Origin: Planctomycetota bacterium
GTDB lineage: Bacteria; Planctomycetota; JAJSAM01; JAJVHW01
Direction of reading: 5' to 3'
Assembly (NCBI GenBank): GCA_965248445.1
Contig: CBDFJG010000004.1
Location: 608,001-672,000 of the forward strand
DNA length: 64,000 nucleotides
Positions 49,512 through 59,188 of this stretch are shown here, piece by piece. How positions within the stretch are numbered: the stretch's first letter is position 1; every line of letters begins with the position of its first letter. The translations under genes were made by a program, and so were the position numbers. The notes under the pieces are model-generated. The model was not told the origin of the DNA, ran no database searches, and saw only the letters and a list, made by a program, of their open reading frames with translations.

Positions 49512-50777
49512 CTATTCGCCGCCGTCGCCCGCGGGCTGCGGCGCGACCTTCTGCCCCGGTCTCAGGCGTTCGTTCCCGCGGATGACAACGCCGTCGCCCG
49601 CGCGCAGGCCCCCAGTCACCGTGATGAACCCGCTCTCAGCCTCGCCGACCTCCACGGGCGCCGGAACGACGGTGTGCGTGCCATCCGGATCCGAGATGAC
49701 GAGCCAGACGACCGGCTTCGGACCGCCCAGCACCAGCGCGTCCTTGGGGACCACCATCGAGCGCTTGGCGGGGCCGACTGCCAGGGACACGCGCGTGAAC
49801 ATGCCGGCTCCGAGATTCAGCGCCGCGGGCTCGGCCCCAGAGGTCTTGCGGCGGATCCTCACATCGACCGGAAACGCCCGCGTGCGCTGGTCCGCCATCG
49901 GGATGACTGTATGCACGCGACCGAAGAGCACGGTGCCGTCGAGAGCGGGGACGTGGACATGCGCCGCATCGCCGACGGAGATAGCGGCGATCACGTCCTC
50001 GACCACTCCCACGCGGACGTCCACCTCGTCGAGCGCCGCAATCGTGACCACCTGCGCACCCGGTGTGACCCACTCGCCGAGCTCGGTGTGCTTCGCGACG
50101 ATGCTCCCGTCGAACGGCGCGGTGACGGTGTGACGATCGAGATCGTCTTGGATGCGCGTCACGAGCGCTTCCTGCTCCGCGACGCGCGCGCGCGCTGCGG
50201 CGATCCTCTCGGGGCGCGGCCCGAGACGCAGAATCTTGAGCACGAGCTCCGCAACCCGCTTGGACTTCTCCGCAGCGACCTTGCGGAGCTGGCGTTCGCG
50301 AAACTCACCTTCGTTCAGCGCCCCTGTCTCGCGCATCCGCCGCCCGGAGTCCGCCTGCCACGCGGCGAAATCGAGATCGGCTTCGGCGGACGCGAGCCGT
50401 TCCTCGGCGGCAGTCACGTCCTCGCCGCGGCTTCCGTTCTCGAGCTCGCTCAGCTCCGCCGCGCGTGCGTCCAGCTCACCCTTGGCCGCCGCCAGCTCCG
50501 CGGCCACGCGCGTCGAGCGGACGCGCAAGAGCGGCTGCCCGGCCTTGACCTCGGCGCCCTCTTCGGCCAACAGTTCGACCACCCGGCCGGCCACCTCGCT
50601 CCCCACGACCGCCATTCGCGACGGGCGCACCGTGCCGACGAATGTGCGGCGAGGTGCGACGTCGTGGTTCTCGACGGTAGCCACCACGACGGGCGCGGGT
50701 GGGAACTCCTGAGCGAGCGCCGCAGCGGGCGCCAAGAGCAACACGGTCATTGTCCGCAGGATCATCGCCGCCTCCAT
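49512..50777 (-). CDS. RND efflux periplasmic adaptor (MFP/HlyD family)
   Basis: SEVAGRV....EEG..VKAGQPL, VTAPFDG and GL..GD.VV..G motifs. Start 50777 or 50765. Confidence 0.9.
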   Translation of the reverse strand: MEAAMILRTMTVLLLAPAAALAQEFPPAPVVVATVENHDVAPRRTFVGTVRPSRMAVVGSEVAGRVVELLAEEGAEVKAGQPLLRVRSTRVAAELAAAKGELDARAAELSELENGSRGEDVTAAEERLASAEADLDFAAWQADSGRRMRETGALNEGEFRERQLRKVAAEKSKRVAELVLKILRLGPRPERIAAARARVAEQEALVTRIQDDLDRHTVTAPFDGSIVAKHTELGEWVTPGAQVVTIAALDEVDVRVGVVEDVIAAISVGDAAHVHVPALDGTVLFGRVHTVIPMADQRTRAFPVDVRIRRKTSGAEPAALNLGAGMFTRVSLAVGPAKRSMVVPKDALVLGGPKPVVWLVISDPDGTHTVVPAPVEVGEAESGFITVTGGLRAGDGVVIRGNERLRPGQKVAPQPAGDGGE

Positions 50778-50960
50778 CCCCCGCTCCCAGTCAACGGTCC
50801 CGAACAGGACCGCAATCCCCGGATTAACCAATCCGTGCCCGACCGGCACCATTTCGAGATTCCGCGACGCGCAGCCAGGCAGGAGTCCGGTCGAGGCCAC
50901 GGCGGAAACTGGGGTTACGATGCCGACTCGGGGCAGAGGATGCGACGGAGGAGTACAACG

Positions 50961-53933
50961 ATGATCTGGGCTCGGATTCTGCGCACTGTGCGCCACGTGG
51001 CACTGGCCGCAGTGGTGGCTCTGACCGCCGTCACGGCTCACGGAGAGGGCGGCGACAACCCGCTCGTGTTCCCGCAGCGGGCCACGATCGACATCGACAC
51101 ACCGGTCTTCGCCGGCGAATCGGTGTTCACCGTCGGCACGACCGAAATCATCTTCGCCCCCAACATGGGCGTGAAGGGCAGGTTCACGGGTTACGTCCGC
51201 CTCGGCTCCGCCGTTGCCCCGCTGAAGGGGAAGCTCGTTTGCAAGAAGGGCAAGTGGGTCTTCAAGGCGACCGCGAAGGACAAGCTGAACGGCAAGCCGG
51301 ACCTGACGATCAAGTTGAAGGGTGAGATCGGCGGAGACGGACGCGACGTCACCGGGACCGGGAGCATCACGCAGAAGTCCACGTCAACGAAGGTGAAGAA
51401 CGCCAACCTCGTCGGCCGGCTCGCGGGGAACTTCGCGCCGACCGCGGTCCAGCTGCAGTTTCACTTCGAGCCGAACGCCCCGGCCGGTACGGCGCCCGAG
51501 CTCGAGTCGTTCATCTTCACGCCGGAGGGCCTCGTCTCGCTGAAGAAGTTCAAGTGCCGCGCGAAACCCGGTGAAGGCGGCGTGGACAAGGTGAAGATCA
51601 CCACCAACGGCAAGAACGCGAACGTCAAGTTCACAGGCACGAACGACGGAATCACCGTGAACCTGCTCGCGACCGGCAAGATCGGCGCCCACAAGTTCAA
51701 GGACTACCCCGTCTCGTTTCCGAATCTGCCGGCCGCGCGACCGAACGCATTCGAGACGGGCACGGGGTCGAGGACGATCACGATCCCCGCGAATGGCTGC
51801 CTCACGTCCGACGTGGTCGTCACGACGAGCGGGGGCGTCGAGCTGACCATCGCTTCCGGCACGAAGCTCCGAACCCTCGCCGGCGCGCTCATCCGAGGAC
51901 GCGTGCGCATCCGCGTGGCGGACGGCGGCGGTGCACGCCTCCAGCCCGGTGAGACGATCGCAGACGGGAGTGTGCAGGTCCTGGTGGACCTCCTCGACGA
52001 CAGCGACGCCGTGCAGCGCGTCGTCACCGCGGTCTACGGCGAGCGACCTCCGATCCCCGACGGACGAGGGCCGCTCACGCTCGACATCTCGGGCCTGTCC
52101 CTCGGTGGCTCCGGCGGTGGAGGTGGCGGCGCGCGATTCACGCGCACCCCCGGGGACTTCGTGGCGGACGCGCTCCCTTCTCTCGATCCCATTGCTGCCG
52201 ACGCGAACGACTTCGAGTGGGAGGACATCCAGCCGCGCGTCGGGGTCACGTATGCGCTGGGGGCGGAGCGCCGGACACTCATGAGGAACTCCGCTCCCCT
52301 CGGTGACGTGGCGGACTTCTCCGGCGAGCTCGAGTTGGATCTCGCCTCGGTGTACGCGTTGACCTACTACGTCCCACCCGAGTCCGAGGCCCCCCCGGGA
52401 CCATCGACCGACTTCGAAATGTCCGACGGGACCGACACGAGCGAGTTCCCGCGCTTCAAGTACATCTTCGTGCAGACGCCGGACGGCACGAACATCGGAG
52501 TCGGAGGGGCGCCTGATCCCGGCGGTACTCTCGACGACACCGTCGACATCCTCGACTTCAACGGCAAGCCGATCGGCGAGGTCGAGATGACGGCGTCGGC
52601 AGCGAAGCGGATCCTCCGCTGGACGTCCCCGCACCTGAATCGCGTGCGGCTGCGAGTCGTCTTCTGCGACGACCAGGGTGCCGAGTTCACACGGATCATT
52701 GACGACGGGCGAGGCGACGACGGCGAGCTCGTGACCGTGGGTTCCTACGCCGGTGAGGTGCGCATCTGCCTGAACGCGCTGGGCGGCTACAACGGCGAGG
52801 CGCGTGTGCTCGTGGAGCGCGCGTTCCGCAACAGCCTGCCCGACACAGCGGAACTCTCGCAGGCGCGCTGGCTGCCGGGCCCGGACGGCCTGTCTCCCGA
52901 TGTCCTCAAGTGGACGCTCGGAGGCTACCAGGAGTCGGTACGCAACCTGAGGGGAGTGTTGGAGGACGGTGGCTTCGACGTGACTGGGGTGACGTTCGAG
53001 TATGCCGCGCGGAGCGTGACAATTACGCAACCTCCGAGTCCCATGCTGATCTACGGCAACCTGGACGAGGAGACGGTCCAGTTCCTGGACGTGGGTGACG
53101 TCCAACCGCTTCAGCCGGCCATCGACGTGGGCGGCCGTCCGGACTTCGCCAAGCTCAACCGGAACAAGTGCCGCGCGCACGTGATCGTCGGGAAGTTCCT
53201 CTACATCCTCGATGCAAAGCGCCGAGCGATTCTGTATCGCGTGAAACTCAAGGGCACTGGCACCGGACTGGCCGTGGACGCGACGGGCGCGCTGATCTAC
53301 GTTGCAACGGACAAGGGCACGCTCGAGGCGCGGGATGCGATCGACGGGCACGTGGTCTGGTCGATCGACACGTTCCCGCGCACGTTCCTCACGTCGATCT
53401 ACGTCCCGCACGACGGTGGCAACCTCTGGATGACCGCCCCGCTCGAGGGAAAGATCTACCGTATCGACACGACGCGCCACACGGCTCCCGAGACGATCGC
53501 GGCCCTCGGCGTACAGAGCGCCGCCGCGTCGCACTCCCAGGAGTGGCTCGCGTACACGAACCTCCAGGCGGGGACGGTCGTGTTTCGGGACCTGATCAAC
53601 AGCGGTGCCCCGCGCGTCGTGCCGAGCGGCGGCGACTTCCCCGTCCACCCCGTGTGGAGCGGCGACGATACGCGCGTCTACACCGGGAACCAGGGATCCG
53701 GTTCCATCGGCGTGATCGACCCGGACACGTTCTTGCTCGACAGCATCGTGCTCACGGTCGGGGAGCCGAACCTGCTCGGGTTCTTCACGGACTTCGACAA
53801 TCGCGTACACGGGTTCGTCACCGGCGGCGGCGGAGTCGATGGCGGGGGCGAGCTCTTCGCGGACGGCTTCGAGTCCGGGGACGTCACTGCCTGGAGCACC
53901 GGGAAGAACCTCGGCCACGGCGACGGCCAGTAG
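50961..53933 (+). CDS. Large secreted multidomain protein with a C-terminal YVTN/YncE-like beta-propeller
   Basis: Signal peptide at ATG 50961 after GGAGGAG, Lys-rich beta domains, propeller blades (RVYTGNQGSGSIGVID). Confidence 0.75.
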   Translation: MIWARILRTVRHVALAAVVALTAVTAHGEGGDNPLVFPQRATIDIDTPVFAGESVFTVGTTEIIFAPNMGVKGRFTGYVRLGSAVAPLKGKLVCKKGKWVFKATAKDKLNGKPDLTIKLKGEIGGDGRDVTGTGSITQKSTSTKVKNANLVGRLAGNFAPTAVQLQFHFEPNAPAGTAPELESFIFTPEGLVSLKKFKCRAKPGEGGVDKVKITTNGKNANVKFTGTNDGITVNLLATGKIGAHKFKDYPVSFPNLPAARPNAFETGTGSRTITIPANGCLTSDVVVTTSGGVELTIASGTKLRTLAGALIRGRVRIRVADGGGARLQPGETIADGSVQVLVDLLDDSDAVQRVVTAVYGERPPIPDGRGPLTLDISGLSLGGSGGGGGGARFTRTPGDFVADALPSLDPIAADANDFEWEDIQPRVGVTYALGAERRTLMRNSAPLGDVADFSGELELDLASVYALTYYVPPESEAPPGPSTDFEMSDGTDTSEFPRFKYIFVQTPDGTNIGVGGAPDPGGTLDDTVDILDFNGKPIGEVEMTASAAKRILRWTSPHLNRVRLRVVFCDDQGAEFTRIIDDGRGDDGELVTVGSYAGEVRICLNALGGYNGEARVLVERAFRNSLPDTAELSQARWLPGPDGLSPDVLKWTLGGYQESVRNLRGVLEDGGFDVTGVTFEYAARSVTITQPPSPMLIYGNLDEETVQFLDVGDVQPLQPAIDVGGRPDFAKLNRNKCRAHVIVGKFLYILDAKRRAILYRVKLKGTGTGLAVDATGALIYVATDKGTLEARDAIDGHVVWSIDTFPRTFLTSIYVPHDGGNLWMTAPLEGKIYRIDTTRHTAPETIAALGVQSAAASHSQEWLAYTNLQAGTVVFRDLINSGAPRVVPSGGDFPVHPVWSGDDTRVYTGNQGSGSIGVIDPDTFLLDSIVLTVGEPNLLGFFTDFDNRVHGFVTGGGGVDGGGELFADGFESGDVTAWSTGKNLGHGDGQ

Positions 53934-54007
53934 CAGCGGCTCTGCGACTCAGCCAAGCGGGACCGTAGCGTCTTCCCCTTGAGGCGCTTTGCGCCGGGAG
54001 GTCCGTG

Positions 54008-54574
54008 ATGGTGTCCCTGCTCGATCTCTGGCTTCCGATCGTGCTGTCCGGCGCGGCGGTCTGGTTCCTCAGTTTCCTGATGTGGATGGTGCTGCCGCAT
54101 CACCGCAAGGACTTCGGCGAGCTGCCCGGCGAGGACTCGATTCTCGCCGCCGTACGCGCGGCGGGCACCAAGGCCGGGCAGTACGCATTCCCGTTCTGCA
54201 AGGACATGGCGACGATGAAGACCGAGGCGTTCCAGAAGAAGTACGCCGACGGTCCGTCGGGCTGGGTCATCGTGCGGCCAAAGGGCGGTTACACGATGGG
54301 CGACAAGCTCGTGAAGTCGTTCCTCTACAACGTGCTCATGGTGGCGATGGTCGCGTACATGGCGACCATTACGATGCCGGCGGGCGCAGAGGGCATCGAC
54401 GTGTTCCGGTTCGTCACGGTCGGCGGCTTCCTCGCGTTCGCGGGAGCGCTCGTCTGGGACGCGATCTGGATGTCGCGCAGCTGGCGCACGACGACGCTCA
54501 GCCTGATCGACGGGGTCGTCTTCGGCGCCGCGGTGGGCGCCATCTTCATGTTCATGTGGCCGCAGCCGGTCTAG
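54008..54574 (+). CDS. Conserved four-TM membrane protein
   Basis: LWLPIVLS..HH..D...LP.ED, G.Y.FP and YADGP motifs, GGAGG SD. Confidence 0.72.
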   Translation: MVSLLDLWLPIVLSGAAVWFLSFLMWMVLPHHRKDFGELPGEDSILAAVRAAGTKAGQYAFPFCKDMATMKTEAFQKKYADGPSGWVIVRPKGGYTMGDKLVKSFLYNVLMVAMVAYMATITMPAGAEGIDVFRFVTVGGFLAFAGALVWDAIWMSRSWRTTTLSLIDGVVFGAAVGAIFMFMWPQPV

Positions 54575-54598
54575 CCACGTTCAGCCCACAGTCGTAGA

Positions 54599-54949
54599 TC
54601 AGGCTTTCGTGTAACGCGGCTCGTAGAGCGTCAGCGTCAGCCCGCCCGGCGCAACGAGCTCGGTGGCTCGACCCCAGCCGCGATCCTCGATCGCGTTCTT
54701 GAACTCGACCCCGCGGCCCTTCAGCTCCTCGACGGTCTCCTCGATGTGATCGCAGTAGAACGAGATCTCGTGCATCCCCTTGGGCTGCCCGTCCATCACC
54801 GGGTGGCACCCGACCTCGCCTTCCGCCAGGTCGAAGATCAGCCAGCCGTCGCCGACGTCGTTGCATGCGAGACCGAGCTTGTCGCGGAGGAACGCGCGAA
54901 GCGCCTCCGGATCGTCCGTGAAGAACATTGCGTGAATACCCTTGATCAC
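54599..54949 (-). CDS. VOC/glyoxalase family protein
   Basis: HAMFF...RAFLRDKLGL, ISFYCDHIE, EDRGWG and LYEPRY motifs. Confidence 0.85.
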   Translation of the reverse strand: MIKGIHAMFFTDDPEALRAFLRDKLGLACNDVGDGWLIFDLAEGEVGCHPVMDGQPKGMHEISFYCDHIEETVEELKGRGVEFKNAIEDRGWGRATELVAPGGLTLTLYEPRYTKA

Positions 54950-55021
54950 GGCCACACCTCCTCATCGGGGACACCGCGAGACTGCCATCCCACGCGCCGG
55001 ACGGCAACAGTCGGTTCGCGC

Positions 55022-55660
55022 TCAGATCGAGAAGCGAGCGTAGTGGAGCAGGTTCCTGTGGCGCACGTGGGCGACGCCGACATCGCCGTCGGTCAGATGC
55101 CCGGCCACGCGGGAGGAGACCTCGTACTCCGTGCGTCCGCCGCTCTGGTCCTCGAGCGTGACGAAGTACGTGGTGGATGCGCTGCTGTTCTCCCCGCCAC
55201 CGGAGACCTCCGTGCGCGTCTGAGCGACCGCGGCGGGGTAGGCCCGCGGCTCGGCGCGCGCGAACTTGGCCGCCTGTCCCACGCACTGGATCAGGACGAA
55301 GAGACCGATCAGGACGATGATCGCGAGAACGAACGTCTGAGTGGACCAGAACGACCCGCGCCCGGGGAACGAGCGCATGGCGACCGCGAAAAAGCCCGTC
55401 ATCCCGAGGAAGAGCAGGGCGAACCCGATGGCGCAACCGTGCTTCGCCATCGCACCGCCTGACGAGACGCTGATCGCCAGCGCCCTCTCGAAGTCCGGGT
55501 CGGCGCGAACAGCCGCAAGTCGCGCCGCGGTGTCGCCCTTGGGGTGATCCAGAGGCGTCCACTCCCGCGGCGGCAACTCCGTGGCGCAGTACCCGCAGTA
55601 GAGGGTGTCCCCTTCCCGCGGGACCGCGTTGCACGACGGACAGCGCCGCCCGGTACTCAT
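55022..55660 (-). CDS. Zinc-ribbon, two-TM, DUF2500-like protein
   Basis: CPSC..CGYC, two TMs, TTYFVTLE...G.R.EY.V...GDVG. Confidence 0.65.
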   Translation of the reverse strand: MSTGRRCPSCNAVPREGDTLYCGYCATELPPREWTPLDHPKGDTAARLAAVRADPDFERALAISVSSGGAMAKHGCAIGFALLFLGMTGFFAVAMRSFPGRGSFWSTQTFVLAIIVLIGLFVLIQCVGQAAKFARAEPRAYPAAVAQTRTEVSGGGENSSASTTYFVTLEDQSGGRTEYEVSSRVAGHLTDGDVGVAHVRHRNLLHYARFSI

Positions 55661-55725
55661 TCCCTCGCGCCCTTCTCCATGTGGCAGTTCAACCGGTGCG
55701 CGCCCGACGCCGTTCACGGGTCAGG

Positions 55726-56799
55726 CTAGACGCGCGCCGGGCGACCTCGTCGGGCTTTGCGCGTCCGCGGCTCCGTCGTGTCAGGGACCTCCCGGTACCG
55801 CGAGAGCAGAGCCGCGACCTTGCGCACTGACGCACGAGACCAGTCGTGCTCCCACCACGACAGATCCGTGTTTCCGAGCTGGTCTCGGAGATACGGATCG
55901 GGTCGGTCGAGCAGCAGCTCGGGGGGGCGCGTGGTCTCGGTGAACGCGAAACGGCGCGGCAGGTCGGAGTACAGCGAACGCGGCGGACCACTCCAGCGGA
56001 TGCCCTTGAGCGCACAGCCGGTCGCGGGCGTGTGGAGCAACACGCGCTGCACGTCCAGTTCGGTGACGAGCACCTCGATCGCCGCCGAGAGCGCGGCCTC
56101 CTGCCAGAGGTTGGCGCACGGTGCCAGCACGCGATCCCGGTAGGTGCGCAGACGCCGGGCATCGTGTTCGGTCGGTCGCCGCCGCCAGAGCACGGAGCGG
56201 AACCGATCATCTGCCGCGAGCACCTCGAAGTCGAGGTCGCGGACCCAATCGGACTGGATCTCCTCGATGAGCGCCTCGCGCCGCCGCAGGTCGACGTCGA
56301 CGCGTACCCACGCGAGAGTCGTCAGCGTGTCGCGGCGAACGGGGTGCCCCCAGTGGAGCGGCATCCGATCAGGACGCACCAGGCGCCGGAAGTCGCGGTC
56401 GTGCGCCGCCGGGAAGTTCAGTTGTACGACTAGGTTCATGCCTCGCCGTGACATCTGGTAGTCCTCGCGGGACCAGTAGGAGGCATCGGCGCCCCAGCGC
56501 GAGAACGTGACCGTGTACGGAGTCCCTCGCCCGACACGGGTGTTGCTGGCGGCCCGCGCAGCGTCGATGAGTGACCCGGCGCGGATCCGGCCGCCGCCGC
56601 TCCGGGCGAGAACCTCGCGCGCAGCGCACCGCGAGAGGAGCCCCTTCAACGTCGAGCGCTTGAGCGCAGCAACGGGCAGTCCCTCCACCCCGACGTGCAG
56701 CGCGAGCAGCACGAGCGCGAGGCGATCGCGGACGTAGGCGTACGACGTAGGCCTCGACTGCAACCGCCCGAGGACGCGGGAGAGAGTGGGAGAGTCCAT
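55726..56799 (-). CDS. Conserved hypothetical protein (EEIQSDW motif, possible GNAT-like fold)
   Basis: LVVQLNF, TLAWVRVD..EALIEEIQSDW and PPRSLYSDLPRRFAF motifs. Confidence 0.6.
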   Translation of the reverse strand: MDSPTLSRVLGRLQSRPTSYAYVRDRLALVLLALHVGVEGLPVAALKRSTLKGLLSRCAAREVLARSGGGRIRAGSLIDAARAASNTRVGRGTPYTVTFSRWGADASYWSREDYQMSRRGMNLVVQLNFPAAHDRDFRRLVRPDRMPLHWGHPVRRDTLTTLAWVRVDVDLRRREALIEEIQSDWVRDLDFEVLAADDRFRSVLWRRRPTEHDARRLRTYRDRVLAPCANLWQEAALSAAIEVLVTELDVQRVLLHTPATGCALKGIRWSGPPRSLYSDLPRRFAFTETTRPPELLLDRPDPYLRDQLGNTDLSWWEHDWSRASVRKVAALLSRYREVPDTTEPRTRKARRGRPARV

Positions 56800-56841
56800 G
56801 TCTTGGGAGCAGGTCAGCGCCGTGGCGCAGACACACGGGGA

Positions 56842-56875
56842 GCCTGAACGGGCAGCCCGCCTGAACGGTCAGCCC
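56842..56875. repeat. Tandem 17-bp direct repeat GCCTGAACGGKCAGCCC x2
   Basis: 56842-56858 and 56859-56875, one mismatch. Confidence 0.85.
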
Positions 56876-56936
56876 GGGGGGCCGTGAAAGCTGCCGGAGG
56901 CGAGCGGGGAGCCGCGCGGCGGGGGCCGCGCTGATC

Positions 56937-56975
56937 TCAACCGAGCGGGTGCGTACTCTCTCGCGTGCGGAACAT
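56937..56975 (-). promoter_or_regulatory. Putative 12-aa leader peptide MFRTRESTHPLG
   Basis: GGAGGTGA SD just upstream, UGA stop, flanked by hairpins in the 5' leader of the 55726..56799 gene. Confidence 0.6.
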
Positions 56976-57018
56976 GGGTCACCTCCCACCACCTGGCCAT
57001 TCGGTGGGAGAACGGCAG

Positions 57019-57046
57019 ATGGTAGTGAGCCATCGGCGGTCGTCAA
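57019..57046 (-). promoter_or_regulatory. Sigma70-type promoter TTGACG-N16-TACCAT
   Basis: Near-consensus -35 (57041-57046) and -10 (57019-57024) pointing at the leader peptide. Confidence 0.6.
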
Positions 57047-57121
57047 CCCCTCGCTGCCGTAACGAATGACGCCGGCGAGTTTTTCGTTCGTTCGAAGTTC
57101 ACCGCCCGCGCGTCCATCTGA

Positions 57122-57694
57122 GTGGTGGACGGGAGCACGCCTCTGGACGCTAGCGAGTTGCTCGGGCGCATCGCCCGGGGCGACCGCGACGCCTTCACCG
57201 CGTTCGCACGGCGGTTCGAGCGGCCGCTCTATCGGTTCCTGGCCGGGCTGACCGGCTCGGCCGCCGCTGCCGAGGACGCGCGTCAGATCACTCTCCTGCG
57301 GGTCTTCCGGAAAGCCGCCACATACCGCGGAGGGTCCGTGGCGGTCTGGGTGTTCCGGATCGCCCATCGCGTCGCCCTCGACCTGCGCCGGCGGGATAGG
57401 CGCCGGACGTCCGCCGGTGACGCGGCTGAAGTCGGCCTCGCTGACCGATCGCCGTCTCCCCAGCGGCGCGTGGAGCGCGCCGAGCAGAACGGGCTGGTGC
57501 AGGACGCACTTGCCCGGCTGCACCCCGACGACAGAACGATCGTGTGGTTGCGTGTCGCCGAGGAGCTCTCGTTCGCGCAGGTGGCCGCGGTCACTGCCGA
57601 GGCTCCCTCGACCGTGCGCTACCGCTTCCTGCGCGCGCTGCAACAGCTGCGGCGCCAGCTCGGCACTCCCGTGGACTGCGGGCTGGACGCCTGA
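57122..57694 (+). CDS. ECF RNA polymerase sigma factor
   Basis: GDRDAF, AEDARQ, WVFRIA and region 4 LSFAQVA...STVRYR. Confidence 0.88.
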   Translation: MVDGSTPLDASELLGRIARGDRDAFTAFARRFERPLYRFLAGLTGSAAAAEDARQITLLRVFRKAATYRGGSVAVWVFRIAHRVALDLRRRDRRRTSAGDAAEVGLADRSPSPQRRVERAEQNGLVQDALARLHPDDRTIVWLRVAEELSFAQVAAVTAEAPSTVRYRFLRALQQLRRQLGTPVDCGLDA

Positions 57695-57707
57695 TTGGAG
57701 TACGAAC

Positions 57708-58370
57708 ATGACCTGTGAAGAGACCCGCCTGATCCTGGCCGACGATCCGGACGAACCGCCGGCCGCCGCCCGCGCCCACCTGGTGACGTGCGCGGAGTGC
57801 CGCGAACTGGCCGAGGACGTGCGCGAGGGGCTGGCGACCGCGCGGGCCGCGGTTCGCGCGATCGAAGGCGGCCCCGCGCCGGCCCTGGACATGACCGCGC
57901 TCGTCGCGCGCACCGCGCGTCCCGCGCGTCCGCGCCTTCTGCGGCGCGTGCGCAGCGCCGCCGCACTGCTGCTCGCTGCCGTCGGCGTCTTGGCGCTGTT
58001 CCAGACGCGAATCGAGGCGGCCGACGGCGCGTTCCGCGTGCGGTTCGCGCTGCCCGGAACCAACGAGACACCGGCCGGCGAAACGCCGGAGCAGAGCGCC
58101 GTGAACGAGCTGCGTGTAGCCCTGGACGCGGAGAACCCCGAGAGCGCGCTGCGGCGAAGCATGGAACGGAGCGTCCTGCCGCTCGCCGAGTGGATGGACG
58201 AACGCGAGGACCGTCTCGACGCGCTCCTCGCCTCGCTCGAACGGCGGGCCGCCGCCCGCGATCTCGCCGTGCACGACGAACTCCGGCGGCTGCGGACCGA
58301 GCTCGATGCGTCCAGGGATCTCGTCGCCGCCGGCAACTCACACCCCGCACTTCCCGAGCCCGTCGAATGA
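57708..58370 (+). CDS. Zinc-binding anti-sigma factor (zf-HC2) with TM
   Basis: MTC...HLVTCAEC (HxxxCxxC) and a TM helix, directly after the ECF sigma. Confidence 0.8.
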   Translation: MTCEETRLILADDPDEPPAAARAHLVTCAECRELAEDVREGLATARAAVRAIEGGPAPALDMTALVARTARPARPRLLRRVRSAAALLLAAVGVLALFQTRIEAADGAFRVRFALPGTNETPAGETPEQSAVNELRVALDAENPESALRRSMERSVLPLAEWMDEREDRLDALLASLERRAAARDLAVHDELRRLRTELDASRDLVAAGNSHPALPEPVE

Positions 58371-58387
58371 CGGAGGAGACCACGACC

Positions 58388-59188
58388 ATGAAGAAGACAC
58401 TGACGATCACGATTGCGGCCGTCCTCGCGACGGCGACGACACTCGGCGCGCTGACCCTGACCGGGCGGCTGCGCGCACAGGACGCGGCGAACGCGGAGGC
58501 GCGACGGGTCGACCGCGACGTCGCGCGCGCCGTTCGCGACGTCGAGGTGATGCGGCGCATCCTCGCGAAAGAGGCACTCGGCGCGACCTCGCGGACGGAC
58601 CCGATGGCAACCGTCGCCTGGCACGCGCGCTACGCGCTCGACCGCGCGACGCAGTTCGGCGGCAGCGGCAGCAGCGAAGCGTTCTTCGTGGAGGGACAGG
58701 GCGCGATCTTCATCCTCCGCACGTCGGACCCCGTGACGCCTCCCACGGGCGACCCCACCGCCACACCCGAAGAGAAACCGACGTTGTGGGACAGCACGCT
58801 GGCCGACGTCGAAGGTCACCCGCGCCGCTACCAGAAGGCCGACCAGAACGAACAGTTCGACCGTGAAAAAGTGCGCTCGCTCGAGGATCGCATCCTGACG
58901 CAGTTCGCGCGCTTCGGCGCACGGATGTCCGGGCTGCGCGCGCAGGACTCGATCACCGTAGTGGTCGTGGGCCGCGGCGGCGGGCGGAGCGCCGTCGCGT
59001 ACCTCAACGCGTTCTACGGGCCCGGAGACGAGTCCGAGCCGGACGAGTCGCCCGCGACCGTCTACCTGTCCGGGACCGGCCGTAGCGTCCGTACGATCCG
59101 AGTCGGCATGGGCGACATCCAATCCGTCGCCAACTCGGGCGGTGGCGCCGAGGCACTCCGCGCCCGGGCGACGATCCAGGCCTACTGA
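58388..59188 (+). CDS. Secreted hypothetical protein, third gene of the ECF operon
   Basis: GGAGGAG SD, signal peptide MKKTLTITIAAVLA, AFFVEGQGAIF. Confidence 0.65.
   Translation: MKKTLTITIAAVLATATTLGALTLTGRLRAQDAANAEARRVDRDVARAVRDVEVMRRILAKEALGATSRTDPMATVAWHARYALDRATQFGGSGSSEAFFVEGQGAIFILRTSDPVTPPTGDPTATPEEKPTLWDSTLADVEGHPRRYQKADQNEQFDREKVRSLEDRILTQFARFGARMSGLRAQDSITVVVVGRGGGRSAVAYLNAFYGPGDESEPDESPATVYLSGTGRSVRTIRVGMGDIQSVANSGGGAEALRARATIQAY

Noticed and set aside
49176..50960. N-terminal 595 aa of the 1585-aa ORF 49176..53933
   Set aside because: Antisense shadow of the RND and MFP genes. The real start is ATG 50961 with an SD and signal peptide.
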